Below the pieces are notes generated by a model, which saw only the letters and a list, made by a program, of their open reading frames with translations, made no database searches and was not told the DNA's origin. A stretch of 63,721 nt of DNA, counting the filler, from Choristocarpus tenellus KU-1152 (taxonomy: Eukaryota > Protista > Phaeophyceae): the NCBI GenBank assembly GCA_964200185.2. It is 10 parts of 10 records of this genome, joined end to end, with 100 filler letters (N's around TTAATTAATTAA, not from the genome) between each part and the next. Parts side by side here need not be neighbours in the genome. Positions count along the whole stretch, not along the records: positions 8,181 to 15,508 come from CAXNAD020006328.1; positions 15,609 to 32,460 come from CAXNAD020000756.1; 8 more parts are not named here. One strand, written 5' to 3'. A program made the translations under genes and the position numbers. The first letter of the stretch is position 1; each line of letters begins with the position of its first letter. This document shows, one piece after another, positions 12,672 to 25,964 of this stretch.

Positions 12672-15600
12672 TTTGGTTTCCAGTACAAGCTCTCACCCTC
12701 ACATGTAGGATCGCCTGTGCGCGCTCGCTTTCAGCTTTTCTAAAAGTCAGAAATCCTTAAAGTAAGAAAACTACCAGCACCGACTCAATAGGGATGGCAT
12801 TAAATAATTTACCAAACTGCCCCTCTTACACCCATACTATACAAAACCAACTAGTTCCTGTCCATCTATTCAACTACCTGAGCTCTGTGTCTGTGTAGTA
12901 CCAACTCCTGTCCCAAAACATGGCTTACCAGCACCAGGTCTATAGAGCTGTTTTTCACCTCTCATAAACATACCCCAAAAAACCAAGCAATCCCTGCCTG
13001 TACGTCTACCTGTCTGTACGTGCCAGCACCGAGTCCATAGAGTTGTTTTTTTTCATTGTGAATTGTTTGAAGTTCGAGACCAGTCATTCATCTGTATGTA
13101 CCGTTACCAGTATCAGCCCTCATCCTTGCACATAGGCTACCTCGTGCATGCTTGCTTCAAAACTCAAAATCCTGTGAAAGATATAAATACCTTATCAGCA
13201 CTGGCTCTTTGAGTCTCTCTCACATACTTAGTACCGTATATAACCAGGTAATTCCTGTTCGTTCATCTACCTGTCTGTCCACATGTTACCAGTACTAGCT
13301 TTCGTTCTCACAAGTAGGAGTGATTGGTATTCGCATGTATGTCACATTTCGATGCATTGCCTTGACTTCACCATCTATAATATATATATAAACTCTCTCA
13401 TGTGAAAAGATGCAAGGAGTCATGCCAAGGTCCCACCTCTCCCTTGTCCCTCTGTTGTAGACGCACAACCCGTAACGGCTCCAGCCCTCTTAGAGAGTCT
13501 ATATGTTATAGTAGGTCTTTTTACCTTCAACTGTTGCCATCGAAATGTTGTGATCGTACTCTTTACAAAGTGCTGTAATGGTGGAAAGGTCATGCTGTTC
13601 TCATTGTTGACCAAAGTAAGATTTTACTACAGTGGTAACCATACTGTCAAAATTAGAACTCCAAGAGTACACTGGAATACCGTACACATACCGTACTATC
13701 AAATGAAAATCCAACCATAAACACAATGTACATTTTTTCATGGATACTTATTTTTGCAATGCCATACCATACATTCAAAATTTCATTCTTAACCAATTCT
13801 CAGCGTGGCAAAGACGGAGACAGTATTTTTTATAATGTCAAGATATCTCACAGTTACGAATACAATTATATGCAAATGGGCAAACCTTCATGGTACAGAG
13901 TCGTGCAGAAAATTTGGAATTGGGCATATTCCTGACAATGAAGCCTTGCCAGCTTGTTCTTTGAGTGGTGTTTTCGCAGTGTAGTGAGAGATCGGGCAGT
14001 ACAGGACATGTATACCACCCATTGGACTTGCCATGTGGACTTGAAATCAGATTTCTTTGCAAAGAGGTTATGTTTGTTGGGGTTTGAACCCACACAATTT
14101 TATGCTGGGAACAGATTCCACTGAGCCACAAGGATACTTTAGTACTTAGCAGCACTATTGCTGAACAGGATTTATTGCATGTTACTTGATTGCACATACT
14201 CCTGTTGACAAAGTGTAAGGAAATTATATCGATATGATTCGCAGGGATCAAGCACACAAGGGTATGTAAAGGAGCACCCAGAAGAGAAAGGAAGAGCTTC
14301 TTAGCCACATGTTCGCCTGAGGCACGGGTAGGTACAAACACGGCAATGCAAAGGTAGCACAGGTCACATTCCCACCTCAGTCCTTCTGGGTGCATTGACC
14401 AGAGAGAGTTTCTGCATCTCCAATACCATGAACGTTTTGCACAAGTTGGAAGGTCCGATCAAGGGGAGTCCTTACCTCCTACGCCCACATTGACCATGAA
14501 TGACACCATCACATTGTCCATTTCAAGTAGCAGAAAATAAGTTGCATACTCGCTTTCATCATTAGGACACAATCGCCTACAAATTCCAATCCCTTCTAAC
14601 TCAAGAGAGACATTGCGAACAACAAGTGCAAACAGAGAGGCAAACAGTGCCAAAATGGTAATAAACATTGGTAGCTGAGGGTACTGGATGCAAACTGCAA
14701 GACAAACATCCCTGAAAATATTCACTGGACTATTGTGTAGCACCAGGAGCAAGCAAAGGCAAGTAGTACCCCTAAATTATGCCTCTCTCTGGGCACTGTT
14801 CTAGAAAATTGAAAAACCATGCAGCTTGCATGTAGGGTGTAACAGTGACCACAACAGAGACAGGCATTGAGAATTTTTAGAGCTTACCATCAGTCCAAGC
14901 AGTTTATTAGCTTGGCAAATATTAAAATCATGGCTGTGGGCTGACCTGTGGCACAGTCATGTTGAAACAATTAATGCCCATGAACCAGCCAAGTTAGATT
15001 ACATTGGTCCGAGGCCATCCCATAGTCTAGCTATGTTGATATAGTTGACAGTTAAAGGAATTTAATGGAACTGGTTCCATCAAGATGGGTCAGACTGACC
15101 TTGTAAAGTACGTCCCAAATTCATGTGCGACCAGACATTTTTCTAAGCATCCTCCATTGCAGGACAGAGCATAGCTCTTAAACAATTCACGAATGTGGAG
15201 GACCCTCAAACAAGTGGTGTCTCTAGATCTCTGACTGACTGGCAGAACCAACCCTAATAAAATTTAAAGTGCGAAATTACAAAATCTACGGAGTGATTTT
15301 TCTACCATCTGCATAAATTCTATCGGTTACAATTAATTAAACACCACATTTTTTATGCATACCTCTGGTGGAAGAATATAACCATTTAGCTATTACCTCC
15401 ACAAATTTCTTGATTCTAAACCCCGTCAAGGCTCGATGTATCTGGGGGGGGGGGTGGCGACTGTCCATTTGGGATCATTTTTTTGATGTAGCGATTTTTG
15501 TGTGAATTNNNNNNNNNNNNNNNNNNNNNNNNNNNNNNNNNNNNNNNNNNNNTTAATTAATTAANNNNNNNNNNNNNNNNNNNNNNNNNNNNNNNNNNNN

Positions 15601-15799
15601 NNNNNNNNCCGAAGGACAAGGTGAGGATCAGCTGGTGCATGTCAGAAACAAAGAATAAGGCATTCATTGATAGTCGTAGTCACTGAAAGGAACGTAGGAT
15701 AGCAGAAGTTGGAACCAAGAAGCTGCCCACATCAAAGCATACAGTGATACATATATATGGGTTGCATAGTCTTTTGAAAAAAATACAACCAATATATTA

Positions 15800-17856
15800 C
15801 AATGGGTGTACCTATATAAGAGAGGTCGACATAAGAGAAAACGGGATGTAAGAGAGGTTAAACTGCCTTGTCACGACTTTTCAGGCTGTAAGAGAGGTTT
15901 CGGCGTTTTCCTGCCAATTCTATCTTATATCGAGCAAACTCGCATCTTTTTTACTTCTTTACCAAGGGGGTATACCAAAAAGCCTTGTCCAAAGTTCAGC
16001 AAAATATAACAAAGTAAGGCACGAAGCTGCTCGAGACCAGCAGTACATACATTATATCACATCAAGTTTAGATGCCTGTATTGTACAGATATAATGATGC
16101 CCTACGCAGCAAGATCCAGCTGCAACATAAAGGGTAATACTCCTGGTCCGCCACACTATACATGCCATAAGTGTCACATTTGTGGCGGCTATCTTCATGG
16201 CATTTGCGGGGTCATGGATCCTTTTTGGCGCCAGCCAAATGAAACACGTGTGTAAATTGTGCATGAGCCCCACCAAGCGCAAGGCTTCGAGTCCTCCAGC
16301 CGGTAACAACACGGCGTCGAAGCGCCACGAGAACAAGAACAAGGCCAAGGGGAAGGTGTTACCAAATATATATATATATATATATATATGGAGAAAGACG
16401 CGTCCTACAAGTCTCGCAGTGCCGACAATCACAAACGCTTGGACTTCGCAGAGAAGGTGGAAGCGTTGACTCTCCTGAAGACCATGGCGGGAACTGCAGT
16501 TGCTCAAAAGTTTGGAATCGGTCACAGGACCCTCGACAAGTTGAAGAAGGCGCACACACTGAAACCAGACGCCAAGTCTACGAGGGGTGCTAAACATTTC
16601 GAGGTGCGTCAGAGCGTGGATTGAAAGTGAATGAAAGTGGGTTGATTGTGATTGTGATTGAATTGTCTTTCTGCACTGTCTACTGATGAGGATCATGATA
16701 GGATTTTTGTCATACTTTGTGTCTGTACTGTGTACTGTTGTATCACGGGTGGCCATTTTGCTCGTCGAGGTACGTCCCACAAGGTGTCCCTATATATTAA
16801 TGAGGATCTCTCCGATATTCTTGACGCTCTGCACGTCAAACCCGGCGGAAAACCGTCTCAGACTTGCATCGACGCAGCGAGAGGGTCGATCGGTATGGAA
16901 GGCAACGATGAAGTGGCCAATGCGATACTAGGGGGCACGAAAGACCAGCTGCTCGAGGAATCCTTGTACCAGTCAGACAATGGAAGCTCAGGTGACGAGG
17001 ATGACGATGGGTTTATGAGAGGGGGCAGCGCATCGGGTTCATGAGGAAAGGAGCAGCCTCTGCAGTGTTCTCGATTCCTCCACCACCTTAATCTCGAGTA
17101 GCTGACGAGTTTGCAAGCTTAGAAACAGCCGCCAAAGAGTGCAGCTCCGGAAAGCAAAGCTGACTTGGCTCAATGCAATCGGGGTAAGGGCTATCAAGCA
17201 AGCTGACTCCGATTTTTTTGGTAGTTGCAATTTTTTTATTAGCAAATAAGTTGTTTTACTCAGTGCGTGCGATGGGGAGGTGCATGGCGATGTAGCTGCA
17301 TTTGATCCATGTTGGCGTTTTTCATACTTTACTCTATAGTACTACCCTTGTAGAGTGCAATTGAATATGTAGAGGCAGGGCATGGGAGGGAGATTGACTT
17401 TGAACATTGATTTGGTTTGAACTGCGAGTCGTCTGTCCAGCCACCCACCGGCTTGCGAATGCTTTTCTTGGGAAGGTGTACTATACATATGAGTGAATAC
17501 ATCGTAATGAATATGATTTACCAAAGCTGCAGTACTATGTAAATATCACACTGGTATACTGTGCAGGGGTGGTGTAGGTAGGTGTGGTAGTTGCTGCACC
17601 ACCACAGTTTGATCGAAATGGGCTCACTGAGGCAATGTTCAATACGTATGTACATGTAACTACTCTTGAAGGCAGATGGGAAGCACATAAAGCAAGGTCG
17701 TCGCTCTGTTGTCATTCTGGGACAAGTATAAAGTGTCTGCAACAACTATCCCTCGGTATAAGATAAAAGCGCTCTAATGTTCAATAAGAGAGGATCGGGA
17801 TTTAAGAGGAGGTTTTTTTCTTGCCCCTGTCCTCTATTCTATAGGTACACCCACTC
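15800..17856 (+). mobile_element. Internally deleted pogo/Tigger-like DNA transposon
   Basis: TA|CAATGGGTGTACCTATATAAGAGAGG ... CCTCTATTCTATAGGTACACCCACTC|TA (TIRs, TA TSD); 16388-16603 encodes HKRLDFAEKVEALTLLKTMAGTAVAQKFGIGHRTLDKLKK...RGAKHFE, a CENP-B N-terminal/psq-type HTH; no DDE domain visible. Confidence 0.85.
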
Positions 17857-18248
17857 TACCTTCTTTATTCTTTTTTCTCCTATTTTCTATTTTGTAACTG
17901 CTTTCTGTGATCTTGTATTTTCCGTTTTTTGCTATTTGAGAACATCTTCCACTTCTGTTTTCTGAAGATTTTTTTCCCCCCCATTTCTTGTTGCTCTCAT
18001 TAGCCACCACGAGTTAGTTATTATTAATATTAAAATATATATTTCTTTACCTGTTTTGTGTCACCAGCAGCCTTGAGTATGCTTGTGCTTGGGGGGCATA
18101 GGACAGGCAACCAACAGATATCCAGTAGGTCATGAGTAGCATAGGAGTTGTAAATGAAGTATTCCTTGATAGCAATTATGATGCAGACATGGAATAGAAC
18201 CTTGCAGTGTATGGAACAGAAACCCAGGCATATGCATTACTCACATTT

Positions 18249-18475
18249 GTGATTGGGAAGGTTGGAACAGGGGACCCATTACTTATAGGCCTAATCAGAA
18301 CTATATACTTTGGAACTTTTGAAGGTCTGGTTCAGAAAGATCAGGTGTATACTTGGATTAGGCCAGATGCAATCTGTCACAGATTGCATCCTGTGACCTT
18401 GTGGACAGGCCCTTTCAAAGGGAACATGGATATAAATCAGCACATTTGTGATTGGGGAGATCGGAACTGGGGATG
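18249..18475 (+). repeat. ~200-bp degenerate repeat unit with coding signature (1+ copies)
   Basis: Aligns by eye with three tandem units at 29950-30540; reads VIGKVGTGDPLL...VYTWIRPDAICHRLHPVTLWTGPFKGN. Confidence 0.7.
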
Positions 18476-19289
18476 TATGGATCAGAGTTCTGAAATAAGT
18501 GCATGCGACGTTCACAACTATTTTTTGTCCATCGATTGTCCTTTATGTATTCCAAAATTTATATGATAACATTGGTTATTAGAGAGCATTTGCCAATCTT
18601 CATCATTGTACCTTCCTTTGCTGCCTGTAAACGAGTGTGATTATTTATCTTTCTGGTACAAGAGCACCTACTCCTGGTCACTGTTTGATACAGTTTTTAT
18701 GCAATAATAAATATTCATCAAGTCTTCCAGGTAATTTAAATGGCCCTAACCCCATGTGAGGTGAATGAGAACATGTAAAGGAGTGTGCAAAATACATATT
18801 TTTATTTATTTGTGTAATTATCGAACATGTGTCTATGGTATCGTGTGAGCAAAAAATAGTATACACAGCAGTGTTCAAGACGATACATGTATGGAAAGAA
18901 AGAAAAGAACAGCAAGGATGCTGACAAACAACAAATACAAAGAATTAATGAATGCAATGAACAAAAATGAGATACTGGAAATGGAAATTAAACACACATC
19001 AACAACTAGTGTTGGCCACAACTAATTGCCCAACCTTAGGTAGTGCCTAAACAACATACACCACCGCCGCCAATGCACAAGCAAGGTGATATAGAAAAAA
19101 ATAAACACCAGTCGAAACACACACATGAAGGCAACAAATGTCGGTGTATCACAAAATATTCAAAGCTTGGTCACTGCAAAGGGATACTCGTAAGACAGCA
19201 TACTTACAAGAGTGGAAGGGAGAAGGGGGAAGCCATTCAAGAGATGTTTCCACTATACCTAAATTACAACCACATTAGTGTGCTTGTGC

Positions 19290-19629
19290 CTACTCCAACA
19301 GCTATTGGTCCACCACAGGCCAGTCCGCCTGAGCCACATAAAATGATCCTATGATAGCAAAATAGATGAACAAGATAAATTTCCATCCTGCGACTGCACC
19401 CCTTGAAGCTATCCAATTCAAGAGTGTGGAGATCTCTCCCTTCAATTACTCACTTTATGGCTATTGGTGTATAAAAAGGACCAAACGAACAGGCGCTCGT
19501 TCTAAGTTTGAGGCCCCATAATGACTGCATAGTATAAAAATAGTCAAGAAGTACAAATACTTAAAAATCTAGGACTTTTAGACATAATGGCGTTTATGAA
19601 ACCACTATGAAGAAATATAGCCTGTAACA
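19290..19629. mobile_element. Degenerate solo LTR (same family as 38425-38735); left boundary approximate
   Basis: Shares AATAGTCAAGAAGTACAAATA...CATAATGGCGTTTATGAAACC...ATATAGCCTGTAACA with the 38.5 kb copy. Confidence 0.65.
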
Positions 19630-20117
19630 ATTCCTTTCTATGAAAAACAACCTACCTGGTATCAATGCCCAGTGGCTGGGCCTACATTACTCCTTCCTGA
19701 TTGAAAACATTTCTCAACTTCAATGATGTTTTTCTTACACAAACCACGGCAATCCTCTGTGAAGGGATATTGCTTTTAAACTACAAATGCCTATGGTAAA
19801 TAAACCTGTAAATGTAGTGTCACCAAACATGATCAGTACACCATAAAATACAAATCTCTCACACCTCTGTCTCACCTTCTGAAAATAAATAGCTGTCCTG
19901 CTTCCAGGACAGCAACAACTATTGTCTACGCTTGAAGTCTATGCTGCATCCTTCCACAACACAAGTCCTAACGAGTCCAACAGTATATTACCCTCTTGGT
20001 CTCCTCCCACATAACAAAGGAAGATTACTGGGAGCTTCCTACAATATGCATTGAGTCACGACAGTGTTGGAGATCTGGGTGAGCAACACACACAACACCC
20101 TTCATTGTACATGCACC

Positions 20118-20598
20118 TTATTGGTCCACAGTCTCCCAGACTCAATCGATCTTAGCATGTCCTCATCTGAAGATGGCAAGGGTGCCTGGATGGTACACGG
20201 TAACATTACAGCACCACATATTGCTCTCGTGTTACATACTCTCTGATCCTTGGTGCTGTTGTCTAAGCTTCCGCCATTGTTGGTGAGGTCAACAGTTTTA
20301 CGGCCCCCATATTGGACACCAACAGCATTGCCCAGATCGACAGCCACACCTTTGTGATCCCTGTGAACCCCACCTCTGGTCATCTCTGTGCTTGTCACAA
20401 GGTTGAGCATGGAGTTGTTCCGTCTGCCATCAAATGAGTCCACATTCCTCATGCCTGCGGACATTTCCCTCCTGTCTACAGAGATGTTTTGGTTGAAAAT
20501 GCCATCAGAAAAGGTAAGGTGCTCTGGATGACCAAAGCTTGTATTGTATCCACTGTTGTTTTGCATGGTGGCGGGGATTGTGTCACGATGTCCTTGGC
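20118..20598 (-). CDS. Open exon-like segment, probably a downstream exon of the HSF gene; 5' end in gap
   Basis: ~160 stop-free codons ending at AAG|GTGCAT donor; low-complexity N/S/G-rich; same strand as and downstream of the HSF exons. Confidence 0.4.
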
Positions 20599-22002
20599 NN
20601 NNNNNNNNNNNNNNNNNNNNNNNNNNNNNNNNNNNNNNNNNNNNNNNNNNNNNNNNNNNNNNNNNNNNNNNNNNNNNNNNNNNNNNNNNNNNNNNNNNNN
20701 NNNNNNNNNNNNNNNNNNNNNNNNNNNNNNNNNNNNNNNNNNNNNNNNNNNNNNNNNNNNNNNNNNNNNNNNNNNNNNNNNNNNNNNNNNNNNNNNNNNN
20801 NNNNNNNNNNNNNNNNNNNNNNNNNNNNNNNNNNNNNNNNNNNNNNNNNNNNNNNNNNNNNNNNNNNNNNNNNNNNNNNNNNNNNNNNNNNNNNNNNNNN
20901 NNNNNNNNNNNNNNNNNNNNNNNNNNNNNNNNNNNNNNNNNNNNNNNNNNNNNNNNNNNNNNNNNNNNNNNNNNNNNNNNNNNNNNNNNNNNNNNNNNNN
21001 NNNNNNNNNNNNNNNNNNNNNNNNNNNNNNNNNNNNNNNNNNNNNNNNNNNNNNNNNNNNNNNNNNNNNNNNNNNNNNNNNNNNNNNNNNNNNNNNNNNN
21101 NNNNNNNNNNNNNNNNNNNNNNNNNNNNNNNNNNNNNNNNNNNNNNNNNNNNNNNNNNNNNNNNNNNNNNNNNNNNNNNNNNNNNNNNNNNNNNNNNNNN
21201 NNNNNNNNNNNNNNNNNNNNNNNNNNNNNNNNNNNNNNNNNNNNNNNNNNNNNNNNNNNNNNNNNNNNNNNNNNNNNNNNNNNNNNNNNNNNNNNNNNNN
21301 NNNNNNNNNNNNNNNNNNNNNNNNNNNNNNNNNNNNNNNNNNNNNNNNNNNNNNNNNNNNNNNNNNNNNNNNNNNNNNNNNNNNNNNNNNNNNNNNNNNN
21401 NNNNNNNNNNNNNNNNNNNNNNNNNNNNNNNNNNNNNNNNNNNNNNNNNNNNNNNNNNNNNNNNNNNNNNNNNNNNNNNNNNNNNNNNNNNNNAGGGGCT
21501 GGGGAAGGTACATGGTGCACGAGAAAAAAAATCGGTTTGGGCGTAGCAGTCCCAGTGACGAGACCACATGGCAAGCAGAGAATCAAAGAGGCAAAAAGCT
21601 AGTTGCGGCATCAGATATCAATCATCAGCATCCAAGTCATGGTACACGATATTATACATACTGTCAAGGCCAGGGGTAGATATCATGGAAACACTATGAG
21701 TTCGACTAGTAAAGTGTTACACATTTGGCTCGCTTTTCTAGATCATCGCGAGGAAGTAGAATGATGATCTAGAGATAGTAGCACATAGGATGCAAAGGAG
21801 ACGCATAGTCATAAATCTTCACAATCTCCACCATATCGCATCAATACTCGGGTAGTGTGCATGACTCGCACAATATCAATGAGGTGGGATAGGCCTCCAT
21901 TGCGATGGAAGAGTTACTACTAAGCATTTGGTACGTAGTTGGGTGGGTAGAAATTCCTCTAACGGGTTTACTATTTGCGAGATGAATCTGCTACGAACAA
22001 AC

Positions 22003-22644
22003 CTTGAGCCAGCCCTTGCCCACAATCTTGCGAAACCCGAAGTAGGAGAGCTGCCTTTGGAAGGAGGTGAGCTTGGCGTGCTTGAAGTACCGTGGGAGCA
22101 ATTCCGAGCCGAGACGAACTTGATCCTGCACTAACACGTTTCCTGTCCATGGCGATAACCCAACCAATACATTTTGGCAACGGTCAGTTAAAGAAGGGGA
22201 AGTTCACATGAAAGGAGGTTAGACTGGTAGAGGAGAAGAGGGAGAATCACTTACAAGAAGTAGAAATGTTGTTCAATTACTCAAGGATGTATGTAGTACT
22301 TGCACATCGATTGGAGAAATAGTTTTGGTTTGTGGTGTGAGTGTATAATATTCCAAACATGAGTAGGTGCAGGTTATGTGCGGGGTATTGTGATGAGGAG
22401 GTTGAGAAAAATGCTAACTTACAAATTCAAGGTACTCTCTCTCACCATCATGGTAAGATATAGCATTTTAATCTTCGGAAGTGACCATCCTAAGAAGTCT
22501 CGACAGGAAAGAAGATCGGGTCCCTATGTTGGACCCACCAGATAAGAAATGTATACTCGTGATAGAAGGTTGAGTCCGATGGCACGGCTGTGAAGATCGT
22601 ATTGCGGGAACAGAAGTGCTGCTGCTGGTCAACTCAGTCGACAT
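22003..22644 (-). pseudogene. HSF: HSF-type DNA-binding-domain transcription factor with in-frame TAA; exons 22644-22446 and 22142-22003
   Basis: Spliced: MSTELTSSS...SSFLSRLLRMVTSED*NAISYHDG-NVLVQDQVRLGSELLPRYFKHAKLTSFQRQLSYFGFRKIVGKGWLK; LPRYFKH..SFQRQL..FGFRK is the HSF signature; stop at 22468-22470. Confidence 0.85.
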
Positions 22645-23332
22645 CGAATTAGTATTGTGAGATGCTGGCGTCTAAAATCAACCACAGAACTACTGGCAGT
22701 GCTAGGATCTTGACAATAGCACAGCGAGTTCAAACGGGTAGGCTAGTTAGGAACCTACTACACTTGGGAACCCTAGGCAGGCACGGAGTCAGAAGAACAG
22801 GCGCGAGCTCCTACGTCAACAGTAGTTGGTCGTTATTCGTTTTGGCGTTAGAGCTGTGGTAGTATCTACTTGTTTGTTGTGTAACTTACAGTGTGTTCAT
22901 GACAAAAGTTGTAGACCCCTAGTACATAACTTCATTGAAGTCTTTGATAAACCCTTTGGGGATCCATTAGACAACTAACCCACCAGGTACCCCATGGTGA
23001 ATTTTGTGTCTCTTCACTCTATTTTAAAAAGTAAGGAGAACATTTCCTAATCAGTCTTGTCCAGTCATTCATTACCGTTCTTCCAACCTTGCTTCCCAAC
23101 TTTGTCTGATATTCTTCTTATCTGTATCTGGAATTTTGCTAGATAGAGTGTAAGAAGAAAAATATATGTAGAACCACCAGAAACCATCCCATCCCATACT
23201 CTATTACAATAACAAAACTGAACCTATTTTCCAATATTCTTGATATGCTGTAGAACGTAATGATATATCTTGTAAATGCCAAATTAGCGAGGTCGCGTTT
23301 TCTATGTAGGGCTTGTTTACATTGTACCACTA

Positions 23333-23476
23333 TATGCTTCCGAACACACGAGGAGGAAGTATTTTCACAACACGCTTAATAGTAGACAACAAGAACCAAG
23401 TTCGACTGTATGCTTCCGAACATACGAGGAGGAGGTATTTTCACAACACGCTTAATAGTAGAAAACAAGAACCAAT
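23333..23476. repeat. Tandem duplication, 76-bp period, 2 copies
   Basis: TATGCTTCCGAACA(C/T)ACGAGGAGGA(A/G)GTATTTTCACAACACGCTTAATAGTAGA(C/A)AACAAGAACCAA twice. Confidence 0.9.
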
Positions 23477-24139
23477 ATAATACGGGAAGGAGCCAAAAAC
23501 AGAGAGGATTATCCGCTCTCCCAAAACGTTTTGTATGAGCCTCGATACAAAACAAAAACTTTCATACGTCATACATCTCCCTACCCTTATTAAACAGGTT
23601 AACTGTATCTTACCACATAGTGGAATCTCTCATCCACGATAAACTGTCAGTGTGATACTTTTTTTGTACCCTCATTAGCAGGCTCCACCCTCTCCTTCGT
23701 TGCATGCCAACAACGCGTTGCAGTGCACAGGGGAACCCTCCTGCTTCAGGAACTCCCACATTGTCCTTGGGGAAGCCTCACCGTCATACTTATTTTCACT
23801 TTTTCTAATGACGTTTAGAAAACCTAACCTTACCTCTAACCCAAACACTAACCCTGACCCTGACTCGTGTATGAAAAATATACATAACCAAGGAAACATT
23901 CTAGAAGAAGTGGTGGAAGAGTATAGTGTGGACTGCGGAAGCATAACCCTGCAAGGATCCACCTCTTTTCACTTTTCACACTCATTTTCAAGAATCTAAC
24001 CCTAGCCCTAACCCTAACCTCTTTGTGAAAAATAACCTTAAGCTTCGTTTGAAAAAGTGGAAACACTACAGCAGCAGGGGTTCCCCAATGGTAGTGGGGG
24101 TTCCCGAACACAGGGCAATTCTGTTGTGCACTTGAGGGT

Positions 24140-25320
24140 CCCTGGTGAGGTCCATACAGCTGCTATCTGTCAGCCTGACAATCTGGGCCCTATCTCATCC
24201 TCTCCACCGAAGTCCTTGAAGAGGACCTGACTACAATCACTGGCCAGGGATCTGTGGACTGGGGGGGCACTTTCCCTCGAACATCCTCGAGAAGTCCACG
24301 TATTGGCTGCACATGACATAGGAGGCACACCCAGATGGGCCCAGCACAAGATTGACCGCTCACTGAATTGAGTTCGCTTTGACTCTTTCTTTTCTGTTAC
24401 CATCTAGCAACCTCCCCACAGACCCAGACGTGGGCGGGAGTCTTCTACAACACAATAAATCGCTTCAGCGTGGCACAGGAGTAGCTAATGTGGAAAAAGG
24501 ACCAACCCTCGATCCTCCACCCAAACCCTCGAGCCAGCTAGATGGATTTCCTCCCCCAGAATTTTGTCTCAATGTGAACCGTTCTTTGGGTGTGGAGAAG
24601 GCACAGAGCCAAAATAAACGAGAGGTACCTAGTTTTCGGCTGTTTCTATTTTAAGCCAGTTTTTCAATCTGTTGCAATTCGCTCATATTTCTATGGATGA
24701 AGAGCTAAGTTTGACTTGAGAGGATATATTTGTCTATTGTTTGAAAGATTTCGATATGGTTTGGAAATATCCTACACATCCTTGAAAAAAAAGTCGAATT
24801 TGCACATACTTGTCGAGATCCTGAAAATGTAACGCTGGGTACCTCTCGCTTACTTTGACTCACTGTCCATTAGCTATCGAGTGGAGGGATGTTTAGGAGA
24901 CAAGGGGGTGGACAGTGGCCATGCTCGCATGTGCCCCAAAGGTGGTGATGGGGCCAAGTACGGCAGCATACCCATCGTCCAGCAATTCGGAGCATTTACA
25001 TGAAAATGATCATCCCCTGCACATTGAAGGACAGCAGTCCCTTCAAGACCAATTGTAATCTTCGTATGTATGCGGTTTTCCATGCAGGGGGTTCCTTCCA
25101 GTACAGCTAGCGCTCCGTTCAGGGAAAGGGAATTACTCTCCTGGATGTGTGGCCTTCGCTAAAGTACAAGTGGACTGCCACCTCATCCCACCAACCAACA
25201 ATGCCATTGCTACAGCTGCAGCTGAGGCCCGAAAGCACAGCCACTACAAGGCATATATTAACCCCATGGGTATAAACTCAACGCTTTCACAGTAGAAAGC
25301 TTCAGGCGTCTTTATTCAAA
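24140..25320 (+). mobile_element. CRE/R2-like RLE non-LTR retrotransposon fragment, interrupted by MITE C (24606-24861)
   Basis: Decayed match to the 41.3-41.8 kb and 26-28 kb copies: EVHVLAAHD, PPPEFCLNVNRSLGVEK, HARMCPKGG, AAAEARKHSHYK, YKLNAFTVESFRRL. Confidence 0.75.
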
Positions 25321-25964
25321 AGAGAGCTACTCAAGTAGAGTATTTTGCTTTGTGTGGTACAGATATGTTTATTAGCGGAGTGAGCACAGCCCTCGGTGAT
25401 GGGGGGTGCTCTCTATTTTTATCATAATGTTTATTACATATATCAACTGACTCATCAGCTGACACATTAAAACTTGTCCTGCCGTTACATCGTCCTATTA
25501 TGTCACTTACCCTTTGTAGCTAGTACCATGCCAGAACTCCTCCATCAGTCCATTTATATCCCGCAACAAGAAGTCGATCATCTGAGATTCGACCTCATTA
25601 ATTTAAGCACTCCAACACAAGTCAATGACACTTGCTCCACTTAGGAAACATTTCTGTTGCCTAGTACTGTTCACTAAACACGTAAGCACCATATAGACTA
25701 TCAGCCTATATTGCACAGTTAGGCAAAACAATTCCTGGATGAATTAGGCGACTCAGAATTGTACGTGGCATAGGGGTGAGGATTTTAGTAGAAAGGGTGT
25801 AGTGAAAGCATGCTAAGACCGATGGTGTCACCTACTGCTCAAATCGCAATATCGAACAGAATATCATGTTTCAGATTAGAGACTCCAGGTCGACATGCTC
25901 CAGGCGTCATGTCTTGGTGGTAGTTTCATAAACCTTATTATGACCTTGAAGTCCTAGATGATAT

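Larger units (their letters stand above)
10130..13320. repeat. Array of degenerate direct repeats flanking the mariner remnant
   Basis: Motif GTACCAT.TAAACCAAG(C/T)AATT followed by CCATCTACCTGTC and TTACCAG(C/T)ACC..CTC.ATAGAGCTG recurs at ~10140, 10731, 10899, 12308, 12835, 12971, 13231. Confidence 0.65.

Noticed and set aside
13838-15230. 185-aa and 97-aa minus ORFs and an exon-like segment LHIRELFKSYALSC...FGTYF (vaguely winged-helix/D5-like)
   Set aside because: No motif I can name with confidence and no consistent splice model; HHpred would be needed.
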